Of a DNA stretch of 64,000 nucleotides, positions 12,401 through 26,700 are shown one piece after another (position 1 is the first letter of the stretch; each line of letters begins with the position of its first letter). The notes below the pieces were generated by a model. The model saw only the letters and a program-made list of their open reading frames with translations. It was not told the origin of the DNA and ran no database searches. Position numbers and translations under genes: made by a program. Source of the stretch: Tubiluchus corallicola (lineage: Eukaryota > Animalia > Priapulida); contig JAQGDQ010000008.1 of the NCBI GenBank assembly GCA_030141605.1, positions 682,001-746,000 on the forward strand, in the 5' to 3' direction.

Positions 12401-15400
12401 AAATAGAATATCGTCGACAACAGTTGTCAGAGTTTTTCAATGCGCACAAAGAAGAAGAGTGGTAAGAAAATCCTGACATCTTATAAAGCTTAACACTTGA
12501 TTAATAAGAAGAATTGCTTCTTAAATTATAACCATGGAATAATTAATTGAATTATTTGACAAAATTGCAGAATCAGTTCGTGTTTATTTTTTGCACTTTT
12601 GTGCATTATTTTCTTACCCCTGTGTCTGAGAAAGACAAGCTCCATGACATGTTATAGATGGTTTTAATAATCTTAATGCCTGTTTAGAACTCTTCATTTC
12701 CCCATTTATTTTATAGCTGAATTGTTAGGCATACCTTTACCTTGTAACATTTTTCATAATGTATAAGAATGGCACGATTATAAATGCTTTATTTTGCAGG
12801 TACCTAATCAAAATTCTTTTTCAGGTGCAGAATTTATACTTACTGCCTAAAGTATTGTGATGTTACGTAAAGCAAAATATCATGCCGTTTGCATGTAGAT
12901 AAACACATGTTTGTAAATTATGTATACACGGATATATCTTAAAATTATATTTTATCGCGGGATCGCGTGGGCTTTTTATTGCCCTGAAATAAATCTGTAA
13001 AGCAGAAATAGTAAATTAGTAAACGTAAAAATGGGAAAAAGTTGGATAATGTGAACCATCTTCGTTAAAATGGAACCGCGTGTTGAGAAATATTTCCGAT
13101 TCGCGTTACAATGGAGTTGTTGGTGTGAGATATGTCTTGCTAATGCATTGTCACACCGTGCATTGTTTAGCATTTTCTTGTGTAATATATTATATACATT
13201 GTGCGTATGTTGGCCAGATTTAGCTGCACCACTGGGTGGAATTCACCATACGGGTGTGAAACAGGTAGTTGTTAGTTTAAACTGAATGTTACTGATTCTC
13301 TTTCTACTTTTCAATTGTAATTTAACACATGTTTTACATTCAAGGCAAATTTCAACTATTGTACATTTTGATTATGGATGATTAGTGTTAGCACTGTTTT
13401 TAACGACATTTCTGTAAATAAGTTCTGTTACTGTTATTATTGTAAAACATTTCTTCTGTTGATGGAAATAAACAAATTATTTTTATGTCATGAACACATG
13501 TAACTTTCAGGATTTAGGATTTTTGGTTATGCTGTAATGGCATGAGTATGTTCATTTTCAAAGTTGAATGATTTGTATGTGTTCTGCTAATTGCCATTGC
13601 TAATTAGGTGTTTGTTGTGTGTAGGTTTAAGGTGAAGTACCACCCCAAGGAAGCAGCTCAACGGAAAGAGGACCTTCTTGCATCAGTGAAGAATCGCCTT
13701 GAATCTTTCATGTATCTTTTCAACAACAGCTGGTGCGACAACCTTCTGCTTGACATCGACAAATCGGAGCAGATAGTTCGGTTTCTGGATGCTGGTATAA
13801 GAGACTTTTATAGTGTTAATTTATGTAGAAAACTTGTGCTGCTTTTAATTTACCAGCTTTTTTTAGTGCATTTGTGCTAGTTTTAAGGCAACATTTGCTA
13901 CACCTACAACAATAGACATGCAAACTATATGATAGACAAATGTGTTACTATGACTACAATAATGACGTGCAAAGCTATTTGACAGTGTTTGCTTGCTGTA
14001 CTCAAATGTAAAGTATTATTGATAGTTTAGTCAATTTATATAATCTTAATTTCAAGATTACTTGTTAAAACAATTAATTAGTGGATCTACAATTAATGAA
14101 TTTATGAAACCGTATTATTTGAAAAGGATTGTAATTTTCTTATCTCCATTTTCTAATAATCATATTTATGGCTTGGAGGTCGCGATACTGTATATTTCAT
14201 CTCGATCGAAACTCTGAAAAATGCTGACCTAGAATTCAATTAACGTCATGGATCCAGATCCCGGCCCGATCTTCGATCTAATCCAAAACCTTGAACACCC
14301 TACTGGTGAGGTTATGCTTGCAGGTCTTGTCCTCAGTACAAACGTCTGAAATAGGCCTAATAATATGTTAGAAATTATGAATTGAGGAGGTATTTCCCGC
14401 AAAGGGTCTTGCCAAGTGGCACTATTACCTCACAGTCGGTGATCGTTCTGACTTTCTAACTCATGGTGGCATTGCGACGTAGGATTTTTCATGGTTTTTG
14501 CTGTAATATCTTGCAGTCGTGATTAAAATGGAAGGTGGAACTGATCTTGATCTCAAGGTGCTAGACAACGAATCGGAAGATGAAGAAGAGGGCGAAGAAG
14601 GAAAGAGCTCGTCTTCTTCCAGCGAAGATGAAGATGAAGAAAAGAAGAAGAATGCCGATGACGCTGCTAAGGTAAGCTTGGTGCAAAATCTCCTGTACAG
14701 TTTGAAATGTTGCTTTTATGGAATTGATGTATTTTGTGCAATTTTGTTCTTTGGGCATTAGTATTATATGTACTCTAATAAATACTCAAACATGTTGATC
14801 AGAAATCTAATTCAAACTAAGAAAATTTTCGTTGAAATAAACTTAAGGTGTAGGTATATCCAATCACTGACAGCAGTGTGTAAAAAAGATGGCAGAGTTG
14901 TTTGCGTAGGTATGAATACTCACAGGTTGTTGAGCAACAGAAAAGCAGCATGTTACCAGTTTGTGACTCAGTGGTTTGTTTAATTTAGTTTATTTAGTAA
15001 TGCAAGTGCTCCCTTTTGCAGTAAATACAGCATCTAAAATTGAAGACAAGAGTGCAGCTTTGTCAGCATATCAGGACTTTTCAACTGTAAATTTGGTAGT
15101 AATAAAGTGTAGCCTACTTAAAATTCCCCCAGAAGCGATTAAGGACCTATTTGATTTTCTTCGAAATTAAACAAATTCAATTTTGATTGAGCTCAAAAAA
15201 TGATAATTTTTTTTACATTTTGTTTTGCATTGGTAATTTATTTATAAAACAAATATTACACAAGTACAGACTACTGCTGGATTGGTGTACTTAAGTCGGA
15301 GATGTGTCTTTTGAGATCGTTTTTGATCTTGAAAACGTTTTAAACTAATTTTTCCATATTCCATGTTCTTGGTCTCTTGGGTAACAATTTTTGCTGATAT

Positions 15401-18400
15401 TGATTATTGATCTTGGTGTCGTAATCCAATTTCTTGTTACTTTTTCACTTTAGGCAGACTGTAGTTAATTTCCACTGAGTATTTCATTACATCATTTACG
15501 TCATTTGCCATTGTACCACGTAAAACTAAATACAAAATTTATGTAAAATATGCTTAAAACTAATTTTTAAGAAAAAGTAGTTTTTATCATTGGTTTCAAA
15601 ACACATGATCTTAACATTGCACACCTTGTTATAAAAGTTATTGTTTTTGTAATATTTTTGTCTTAAAATATGATTCTTTGGTCTTAGTCTCGATTACACC
15701 GGTTTGAGGCAAGTGTCTGGTCTGTCTGTTCTCTTCTGTAGTTGTGCTTCACCATGTAGCTAAATGTTGCTCGCCATTGTTATTGCAACCTTTAAATAGG
15801 AGTATTTGTACTGTTCACTTTCAATTGACGTATTATTTGAATGTCCTGCTATGATGCAAATTATCGTTTTTTGAGAATTTATCTGTGAAAATCACATTTT
15901 ACGTCCTCTAAGAAGTTCTGAGCAGCGACACCCTTTCTGACTTTTAGTTACTATTTACTCTGAGAGTTCTTTTCAGTCACAGTTTTAGCAAATGCTTTTG
16001 TTTTCTTCCCCAGGAAATGGAAATGGACATGACATCTAAGGAGCGAGAATTGCAGAAAAAGGCCAAAGAATTTCTGAAAAAGAAACACGAAAACCAGACG
16101 GTGGGATGTGTTCTGCTTCTCAAGCATTGTGCTTATTTTATATGCAATGAGTCATCTGACAAGAAGGCTGCATTTCCCATCTATGGTTGTTTGGCTGAGA
16201 GCATGCAACATCAAAAATTAACTAAATTAGGCAGCCTTGTAATATTTCTTTAATGGAAATTGTTCTCATAAATAGAATTCTTTCCCTTTTAACATGTTAT
16301 GCCCTGGGGTACTGTTTCTGCTCAAACTATGTGTTATTTATTTAAAAGACAATATGGATCAGACTTTTTGTTATCGTTTTAACTGATACTTTTCTAGTAA
16401 CAAAATTTCTATTCTTTCAAATAACTTGTTACTGATGAATCATTACACACAAAAATAGTGAGATTATGTATACCTGTTTAATGTCGCAGGATCTACTTTT
16501 CAGTAACAGTGACAGTAGAAATTTTTGTAACTTTGAATATTTTAGGGATTTGATGAAGACGAGGAAGATAGCGGAGCAGAAGCGGATCGAGAGCCTGCGG
16601 ATCAAGTGCTTCCTGGTAAGCTTTAAAATTGCTGTCTTTGCTGGTCTCAGTAACATTAAACTTACATTTGCCTGGGTGTAGGCTTTCTAGTTTTTTTTGG
16701 GGTTGTTGTTCTTTCTTTTACTGTCTGATATTTTGTAGACAATAAGTTACATTGAATTTTGTTTAAGTTATCCCTTCAACTTCAGTTTAAAAATTACCTT
16801 AATTACCATTTTGTTTCCTAATTAATTTACAATCAATTTTGAGAATTTGTGGTCCCTTTTTCATGCTTAAGCAATGTATCAATATGAATCTGGAACACTT
16901 AAATAATGCACATACAGATGCTTTATTATAGATGCGTTTTATTCCCTCCCCTGTTTTAACAGCTTTTTATCTAAACTTATGAAATGAAACGGAACTGTTA
17001 AGTATTTATAGACAGATGGATGGTAAAAGTGAAAGTTTTTCAATAGTGATGGAATGATACCAAAATTTTTAACGATTCCGATACCACTAAAAAGCCTCAA
17101 TTCCTATACAATTCTGGATTCCAGCTCCAATTCTTTTCCAAGATACTGTCGGATGTTTAATTTACTGTACAGTTTCATATTTTAGTTTGGGAAAATTAAT
17201 TGTTTACGTTAAACTTAGCAACCTAGTGGTAGGAAAATATCTTTAATTTTTTCCTTGAATTGAGTGAGGTTGAAGATTTTGTAGACAGAATAATTCCATA
17301 GATAAGAAGTCAAAGGAAAGCTAAATACAGTAGGCGTCGCTTAATAGACTCACTCTTGGGACCGGAGTGTTTTGACCCAATCAAACGACTGAACCTATTA
17401 ACCGATGGGTGTTGTGTTACTGGTATAGTATGAGTCACCAGCTTACTATGCACTGCAAAGCTTTTTAATGAATTTTAGAAATGAAGTAATGGCTAAATTC
17501 CTTTGTGCAGTTAAAAATTAGAAAAATATTTTAAAATATTAATTTATGTAAGTGAATTAGCATTAAAACGGTTACTTTTCTAAATCACACAAGTCTAATT
17601 ATTTGCAAAAATTACAAAAATTCTTTCAAAATTGTCTGCTTTATTTTATCGCGACGAAGTTGACTCACATTCTCGTAAAATACGTAGTGCTTGTCGGTGC
17701 TTAAACTGTTGGTGGTGCCCGTGTTTCCCTGCAGCATCTGTAGTTTCGTTTAAGGTTCCGCTTGCTATTGTGCTAAGATATTGTGACGTACTGTACTGTA
17801 CCTGTAGCTGTGTCCCTAGCATAATAGCAGCAACTAACTGATTAAACTTTCTGGCAAAGACAGCCAGACCTTCAAGAGCAAGCGGCCAAGCAAGTGATTA
17901 AATGTTAACTTCCAGGAATTCTTGGGTAACGAGGTTCATTGCAGTGGATGGGTGAGTCAAAGCAAACCATTAGGCTAGCATATTAGCGTATGATAAACGT
18001 TCTTGCTTACAAACAAAACGGTACTTAACATGATTGTTTTTATGTATATTATAAGACAAAAGCAAACTAAGATGATATAAAAATCATAAAAGCTTATTTG
18101 TCACACAAGATTGTCTTATTGAAACATATGAAGCAAAAATATTGAGTCAATTATGCGAAGGTATTTGAGTTTATTACTGACAGTTTTTATGTACATTTGA
18201 ATAGAAGCGGCCCGTACCAGACATTTTTGAGTCACTTAAGCGACTCTATTAACCGTGAGTCTATTAAGCAGTGCCCACTGTATGTAAACAGCTGTTCTAC
18301 ATCTGCGTATACCCAAGGGGAGACTGTGAGAAGCACTAGAAAGCAAGTACTATGAGCAAACTGTTGGCATTTATTCAGTGACGAGAGGTCTTGAGACGAT

Positions 18401-20758
18401 TTTCCGTAGAAGAGGTGGTCTTCCGTAGAAGTAGATCATTTTCCTATTACAAGATTGTAACAAGTCAATGCACCAAAGTATCTCCAAAATAAAATACAAC
18501 TCTCCAGGCTATAAATGCTAAACCTGACAACACTGTCAGGTACGCGTTTTGATTACCATATAATTGTTTAAAAATTTTAAAAATTGGATAAATTTTTCTT
18601 CATTCCAATAACGAGTACTTATCCCATCCCTACCGACTAATTTTTCTTTAGTAAATGGTGTCCCAGACGAAGAGACTGTTGAAGATGAAAAACCAAAATC
18701 TGATGAACAGGCTGAAACAAAAGAAAAGGGTAAGCAGTTTATGTGCATTTGTGCTCATTTACATGTTGTTGTTTTTAAAGTTTATAGCACTGTATATTTA
18801 ACTGTTTAACGTTAAGCAAGGCATTTACTGTAACATGGTTGACACAGATGTATAAGAGAATTTTGTAACCAATATCATTCAGTTTTTTTATATTTTTTTG
18901 AAATGTGATTGCTTACAAAACTTGGTTTGATTAGGTCATGTAGTTAGGTTTAAATTGATGCAAATCGCCACAAAAAGTACAAGTGATTCTACGTAAGTTT
19001 TTAGTTGTTAATTCATTTTGTAGGTGGCAGCCTCCAAAAGCCATTTTCGTTACTGAAATTTTGTCAAGTTTCAACTTTAATGATAATAATTTTTAACTTT
19101 TTGTTACAAACTGATTATATATGTTGATTGATCTAGAACATTTTAGACAAATGCAACTTTATCAGTTAGTGATGATAACTTTTCATCAAATCTAGTGTGT
19201 TTGAATAATTTTAGAATTTTTCTTAGATGTTTTTTGTCAACTTTTGGGCTAGCACAAATGGAGCCATGTTAAAGTGAGCAAATATCATGCAGTATGAATG
19301 AATTATGGCGTTCATGAACTGATTCATTTTCTCCAGATGAAGTGCAGAATGGAGAAAATAAAACTGAGGAGGGAGAAAAGACAGAAGACGCCAGTGAACC
19401 CGTTCCCCCAAAGCCTAACAAACCCAGAGCTTTACACAAAACTCTGTCGATTTTTTTGCGAAATCTTGCACCTTCTATTACTAAACAAGAAGTGGAAGCG
19501 GTACGTACTGTTAATAAAACCATAGCATTTTTATGCACACGTAGAATGTATTAAAGGAAAAGTCAGTAAATTTTTAAATACCTATCAACTTTGCTTATGG
19601 AATAGAAAACTTCTAGTAATTGCAATAGTTGATGAGGAATAGTTGAGTGGCCATGGTCTGTGCTTGCCCACACAAACTAAGCAACACTGAGCCGGCTAGT
19701 AAACTCTGTTCTAAACGGATGGGTGACTGCCAGGAAAACTACTATGAGGCAGTTTTATTCGCTAAACAGAATGAGTGTGCATTAAAATGTGGCTAAAGTA
19801 TCTCTGCCAGTTCAGTATCTTATCGTGGAGATTTATACTTCATAACTAACGAGGCTCCAGTCACACCACAACTATCTGCACTCACTACCTAGCTTGCCAA
19901 CATTTTGTATGTAAAAAAGTTGTCACACCAAAAAAGCGATATAAAATTTCAAGGTAAGCTGCATGTAAAAATTTGTTAATCTTGCTCTAACGTAAACTTA
20001 ACATAAACTTCTTAAAAAATCAAATAACCTTCTTGAAAATTAATGTGAAACTTTAGCCTTCTTTCAAAATGAGATGTGCTCTGTATTGTAAGATGGTCTG
20101 CTTTGACCATCCGCTCTCGAAGGATGAGGGAGGGAGGATCCAGGATTCTAGGAATAGTGGGAGAGTCTGAGAATAATGAAAAGAATTGTAATTATAGGCG
20201 ATTGGGGCTGTCACCTATTGGCACTCAGCTATGACAAAAATATTTTATCCCCTCCCTTACTCCCAGGGAGGAAGGATCCAGAAGTTGAGCAATTGCAACT
20301 ATAGTCCTATTTGATGGTTTATCGGGATTTTTTTTAACAGATGTGCAAGCGTTTTCCTGGGTACCTGCGAGTGGCCCTCTCCGATCCTGCACCTGAGCGC
20401 AAGTTTTTCCGACGTGGTTGGGTGACATTCACTCGAGACGTCAACATTAAGGAGATCTGTTGGAACCTTAATAACATACGTGTGAGTTGTAATTATGTAG
20501 GCTTATCAGTCTGCTGCTAGATACTGAGGAGTCGAGAAGCTTCTTGTTGAAATCTGCAATGGCATGCCAGGTCAGGTTGTCATGTTGCAGTTTTCTTTGC
20601 TTTTGCAGTTTGGCAGTTGTGTAACTGTAAGACTCTGGTCTTCTGAACCCTCTATCAAAGGCATGTTCACTACATACAAGAGTGTTATGTGTAACAAACA
20701 GAGGTATAGTGAAGAACAGAGGTTTATAGTGAAGCAGTTAAATTGTTTTCTGTTAAGA

Positions 20759-20793
<35 letters not shown>

Positions 20794-23700
20794 TTCTTGT
20801 CGACAGGAGTAGTACTTCCAGATTGTACAGAGTAATGATTTACATTATTAAATGTCTTTTGTATATCAGACATTTAGACACTTTAGTTGTGTAGATACTT
20901 TTGCATCATGTAGACTGAATATTCAAGTATAAAATGCTTAGTTAGAGGGCAATGCCTAAGTTATAAACATTAATTTATGGCAATGTGTGAATTTGATTAA
21001 AAATGTATTAGAGTTTGTGCTACTTTTCTGTTTTCAATTATAGCTTCGGGACTGCGAAATGGGTCCAATCGTTAACCGAGACTTGCAGCGACGCATTCGG
21101 CCAGTTAATGGCATAACCGCTCATCGACAGATTGTCAAAAATGACATCAAGTACGCGTCGAAGATCATTTGCGTGTTTGACAACAAAAGAAGCCTGTGGG
21201 CAGATGAAGGCCATGAGAAAAATGAAAAGGAAAAAGAGGTGAAGTTTTGTTATCGTTGCTGTGCGACAAATATTTGAAAATTAATTTTATTGCAATATGG
21301 ATAGTCTTTATTCCTGATTGACTAATTTTCGTACTTGCAAAGTTTTGTATAACACCATTCATGTTTAACCAATGTTCCTTGTTTCCTAGAATGTGTAGCA
21401 TGTATGTTTTTTTAGAATGGGCTTGTGAAAGTATTTAGCAGCATATTAAGTCTTTATCTTCAAATTCTAACAAGTCCTTGGTGAAATTATTGTAACTTAC
21501 AAGATTTGCAGTTGACACATGAAATATGTTCTTAATTTGAAGGATATCAAGTCATTGGATAAGGGTAGCATGAAGCCAGCTGGCATTTCAACCTTCATTT
21601 TGATTAAATTACCATATTCAGTTTAGAACATGTCAAAATTGATAGTACAGGTTACTGAGTACTCTAAATGAAAAGCAGAATTTTTGTAAAAAGATTAGCC
21701 ACCTAATGTGACCAGTAAATCTTTACTTGCTTTCCTGTATTGTTTCTAGCAAGTTAATTACGTTTTTGTACTTATTTTCTGTAGCTGTGTTTTTTCTCAG
21801 ATATTGCAGTGCTGAATTTAAGTCTGATTTTCAGCAAGCCAAGTTTGGAGTGAACTCTCGAAATCCGCTCCTGAGGGACATCACTGATTACTTTATCGAT
21901 GAAATGAGTGCTGAGGAAGAAGAACTTTTGGGAAAGTCGGAAGATGCGGATAAATCAGAGTCTACCATCGAGCGTGATAACAGTTTATGTGCTGTAAGTA
22001 ATAAGATTTAGTTATTAACGGTGAATGAAAAATTGCTTTTAGAGTGTTTGATGGAATGTCGTGAAGGACATAGAGGTAAAAAGTTTTTGCAGGTGAAATA
22101 TTTTGGCACAAAATTTGCACACCGTTGTGTTGTGATGTTCTGAAAGTTAACTACATCTTCATAGATTTTTTTTTAATGATTTATTTAAGAGACTGCAGCA
22201 CATACTAGAAAATGCGGAAATGCCACTGCTTCTGTTATGAAGGCCAGACTGATATAACAATTTATAGAAATTTTTTTATATATTTGGCTTACATATACGT
22301 ACAATGCTGCTCAGAGTTTTTGACAGAATTTCTGCTGACAGAAATCAGAAACTTTCCTTGGTACCTCTTAAATTATAACTCATAATTTATCTAGAAGTTC
22401 TAACTATATGTGTTACTTTTTAATCCTTTTCTTTGTAGGTGCTGGATAAATTAATTCTGTATTTGAGAGTTGTGCATTCTTTGGACTACTATAACACCAG
22501 TGAGTACCCACTAGAAGACGAAATGCCTAATAGATGTGGAATTATGCATGGCAGAGGTCCAACTCCGATCAATCCTGTAACTCAAGACGAAAGTAAGTAT
22601 TATTTCAATGGTTGTGGTCATATTTGCCTTTTGGCGTGCGCTTGTGTCTTTTTAATTCCTTCATGATGACGAATGTGTGTGTAGTTTAGTTTTGACATCC
22701 CATACAGAAATGTCCATAATGGCCTAATTGCATAAAATACTAGTGTAAAACTATACATCTATACATTTTCTGAAAGAGAATTAAATTGTCTTTATAGTAC
22801 TGTAAATAATATGCTTAGATTTTTTATTCAGTGGAGTAATTAACAGAATGATAATGAAAAGTTTGTAATATTTTCACAGTGTTTTTGTTTCAAGGCCTTC
22901 TAGTTTCCAAGTGATAGCTTGAATCTAAAACTGTTCAACATAAAAAGTGTAGAGAATTCTTTTCTGCATAAAATTTTGCAAAAAGTATTCAAATCACTTT
23001 AGCTTTGTAAATTCGACAGTTGTTCAAATGTGTTAAGGCGTTGTAAAATTTGTAAAGGAATGCAGCAGAGCAGCAACACTTACTGCAGGTGAGTTTGCCC
23101 TGCCCTGGGAGCAGCTAGGATCCAACATGCTGTTGAATTGATAGCCAACACCCTCAGTAGAACAAGTAGCTTTGTATATAACAGAGCGCATTACTTGCTG
23201 GTGTATTCAGTATTAAATTTGTTTACTTGTGTACTGAATTTTGCACTGGCAAAAAGTTTGACAGCATTCATATGGCGTGTTGTGTATTGTCGTGAAATCA
23301 TAACAGTTTGAAGCACTAAAGTGATCACCGCACTAAATGTAGTAATTTAGACTTTGTGAAAGTATTTCTCCTTTTAATACAAACCATTATCTAAACTGAA
23401 CTATCCCGTCAAATGAACTAATATCCAAAATAATTTCTCTTTCTCTCATTATAATATTAGAGCTTGAGTTTCAATAGCTGATATGCTGGCTGTTATGCAA
23501 GTGCAAAAAATCAGGTGTATTCAGAGTACTGCTTATTGGTCGTCACTGCTGTTGCATTCTGCAAACACACGCTCAGGTGCAACAAAACCTACCTTTGCGT
23601 GCTAATAATGGCATCTGCTAATGAGCACAGAGCACATCAACGTTTGCTGTGATAGTGAATTGCTTCAAAGCGCAAAGCAAAATGTTTATCTACTTGCTTG

Positions 23701-26700
23701 CAAAAAACTCGTATAAAACTGAAAACAAAGAAAGCAACCAAATTTATTTTGTTTTTATATAAATTATTAATATGTTGGTTGTTGCATTTTCAAATTTCAT
23801 TAAAACTGGGGATAGGAAAGTTTAGTTAATAAGGCTTTGTTTTTACCCGACACACATGATGGGTAAATGTATTTACCTGTCAGGAAAGAGTTAATCTATG
23901 TGCGAAAAATTGTAAAAATGGTTAGATGCTCCTAATATAGTAATAAAAATATTCACTATTAAAAAAGAATGGGGAGATAAACTTTCTTAGGATTGAAATG
24001 GTAAAGACATGGTGAAAAGTCACTCTCATCCAGGATTCAAAGTTAAGAGTTGATTAACAGCGCACATGAGGGCTAGGGTTTGCTGATCTAATTATCAGTA
24101 CGGTGGAACTATGGTCAGAATTGACTACAAAAACTTCGTAAATTGGAATCTGTTCGAAATGTGTAAGATTTTGTTGATGTGTAAATGAGCTAAAGCCAGG
24201 CTTTCACGGGGTTCGCGACTTCCGCGACTATCCGAAGGTTTTCAACAGTCGCCAAACATGCAGCAAAAGTTTGTCACATAGTCGAAAAACAATCACTAGT
24301 GTTTGCTCTAGTCGCAAGAAGGCCGACAGCTGCAGAAAAAATTTTGAAAGTTTAAAGTTTGTCGCCATGGTCGCAAAACTGTTGTAAAGTTGTTGTAGCA
24401 TGAGCCAAGCATTTGCAGATTTGTCTAAAATTATATTCATGATGTTCGTCAGCAATACTAAAGCAGTTTTGCTTGAGAAGCTTAGCATCATTTTATGGTT
24501 TTCTGCAGGTTGCTGATTCATCTCCAAAATAATAGCACATGAGTGTTTCAATAAACGGTTATGTTTATATAATGCATGTTTATTTGTCATTCTCTCATTG
24601 AACGTATAGCCATAAAACAAAATAAAAAACCACATTCTTCTTCAAGTTGCATTACCTTTTTAGACATATGCTTACTACAGCAAGAACTTTAAATACCAAT
24701 AATATTATAATTAATTTATGAGCAATTTTAGTGTAGTGGTAAACTTCTATTATAAACCATTCCTGCAGAACATTCAATATGACATGTGGCATACAGCGGC
24801 CTATAATAGGACCGACTAGTTGGGTTTCAGTATTAGATGGGTCCAAAAATTGTGTTAGCAAGCAAAGTGAGTATGTGACTGCTAGTGTTGACAAAATCTA
24901 GCATTTTATTGCTGGTCAGTAGGTTACATAAACTTTAATTCGATAATGATTTGTTAACAAACCAAAACGTCCTGATTTTATGTAATCATGCATTATGGAC
25001 AGCTGTATTGAAAAGAGAAAACTGAGCCTAATGTCTTCGTTGCTAAATGCAATGAGGTGAACTATATAAGTCTTGATCAAAATTCTGTTTAGGACTTGTT
25101 ACAACTGATAATGTAGTGTAATAATGTAATAAATACAGAATAAAATTAATGCTTAATGTAATAAAAATCAACCGACTGATAATGTAATAAAAAAAAGCAA
25201 TGCATAATGTAAGACAGCAAAATTTAATGCATGTTGTAGCATGGCAGAAACGCGTAATGTAATAGCAAAAATTATAACGGATAATGTATTGACATAATAT
25301 GATAACTAGCTGAGTTAACGTTACTTAGTACCAGTGATGTAGTGTTGTGTGTGGGAATACATGGGAATGGCACATTTATTTTCTCTGTTTGGAAGGTGGG
25401 ATGGTGTTCCCCTCGTTATTCTAAGTCAGTTTTAACTGACATTTCTCATTAGTTTATCTATTGAATTCTATTCCATGCATGGGCCTACAATAATATTCTA
25501 GTGGAAATGTGTTTGAATACAATATATACATGCACACCTATACTAAACGTAGCATTGAGTGAAAGTTTGTCCGTTCAACTATTATATTTTACTATTACCA
25601 TATTTTCCCATGTATAAGAGACCCTTGTGTATAAGAGACCCCTTCAATTTTTAGGCAAAAATTCTGGAAAAAAGTTTTTTGGTAATGAATAACTTTATTC
25701 ATCATAGAAATCATTAAATTCCTCATCACTCTCATCAAAAATATCAACTGGAGTCAGACCTTCAGCAATTCCAGCCAGTTCATCATCAGAGGAGTCACTC
25801 TGCTCAAAAATGGCATTGTCCTCTGTGCCGTCCATGGCATTGGAGATGCCACACTTCTTGAAAGATTTAATAATGACCTCTGGCTTTGCACCATTCCATG
25901 CCTTGAGGACCCAGCTGCAGACTTCAGTCACAATTTATGCATCTTATTGAAAAGACTTACTCCCATGTATAAGAGACCCCCTATTTTTAAAGTGAAAATT
26001 CTGAGCAAAAAAGGGTCTCTTATACGCGGGAAAATACGGTATATAACCAGTAAATGTTCGACTCGGGTTTAGTTGGTGCTCATTAACTCCTGACTTGGGA
26101 CTTTGGGCAGCTGCCTATATTTATTCATTCATTTACAAAACATACAATTTTATAAAAGCGTGAAACCAGTAGGCTTAAAGCTGAGCCTTTAATTATATTC
26201 TTATAAGAACTTACACTTTAATATGTAGATAGCACTGCTAGATCAGAATGGTTGTGAATTTAATTGCAATCACAGTTTACTTACTGTGTAACAGTACTAT
26301 AATTTCACGGAATTCATATTCGAATTTTCTCATCCGCAGATTCGCAACACGAATAGCTGCAGTTTTTTTAGATGACCCTTAAAATTGTATTTAAAAAACA
26401 AAGCCAGATAAGTTAAAAGCAATCATGAAACGGTTCAGGTTTTGGGACTGTCATATCCCCACTGATCAGGCTAGTGAACTTTTCTAACAGTTTCTTTTCG
26501 AAACTAAAATCGAAATATGATCGCTTTTCATGATGAACTATTATCAGTGGTTATCACGAAGTTTTTAAAGAGTTTTTAAAGTTTTCAAAGTCATCAATAG
26601 GATCACCACTAAAAAATTGATACGATAGGGACACACGCGTGCACACACACACACACTTGTTGTTCTGATGTGGTGTGATAAAATCATCTTCTGTAAGATT

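Noticed and set aside
14165-14302. Complete hAT MITE
   Set aside because: Only the right end (gaacacccta) is convincing; no matching left TIR or TSD. Similar one-ended fragments occur near 17044 and 41640.
19650-19760. Functional 5S rRNA gene
   Set aside because: Only part of the internal control region is recognisable, with an insertion and many substitutions.
22662-22773. C/D box snoRNA (ATGATGA ... CTGA)
   Set aside because: The terminal stem is only about 3 bp, there is no recognisable rRNA antisense element, and the D box lies within a probable transposon.
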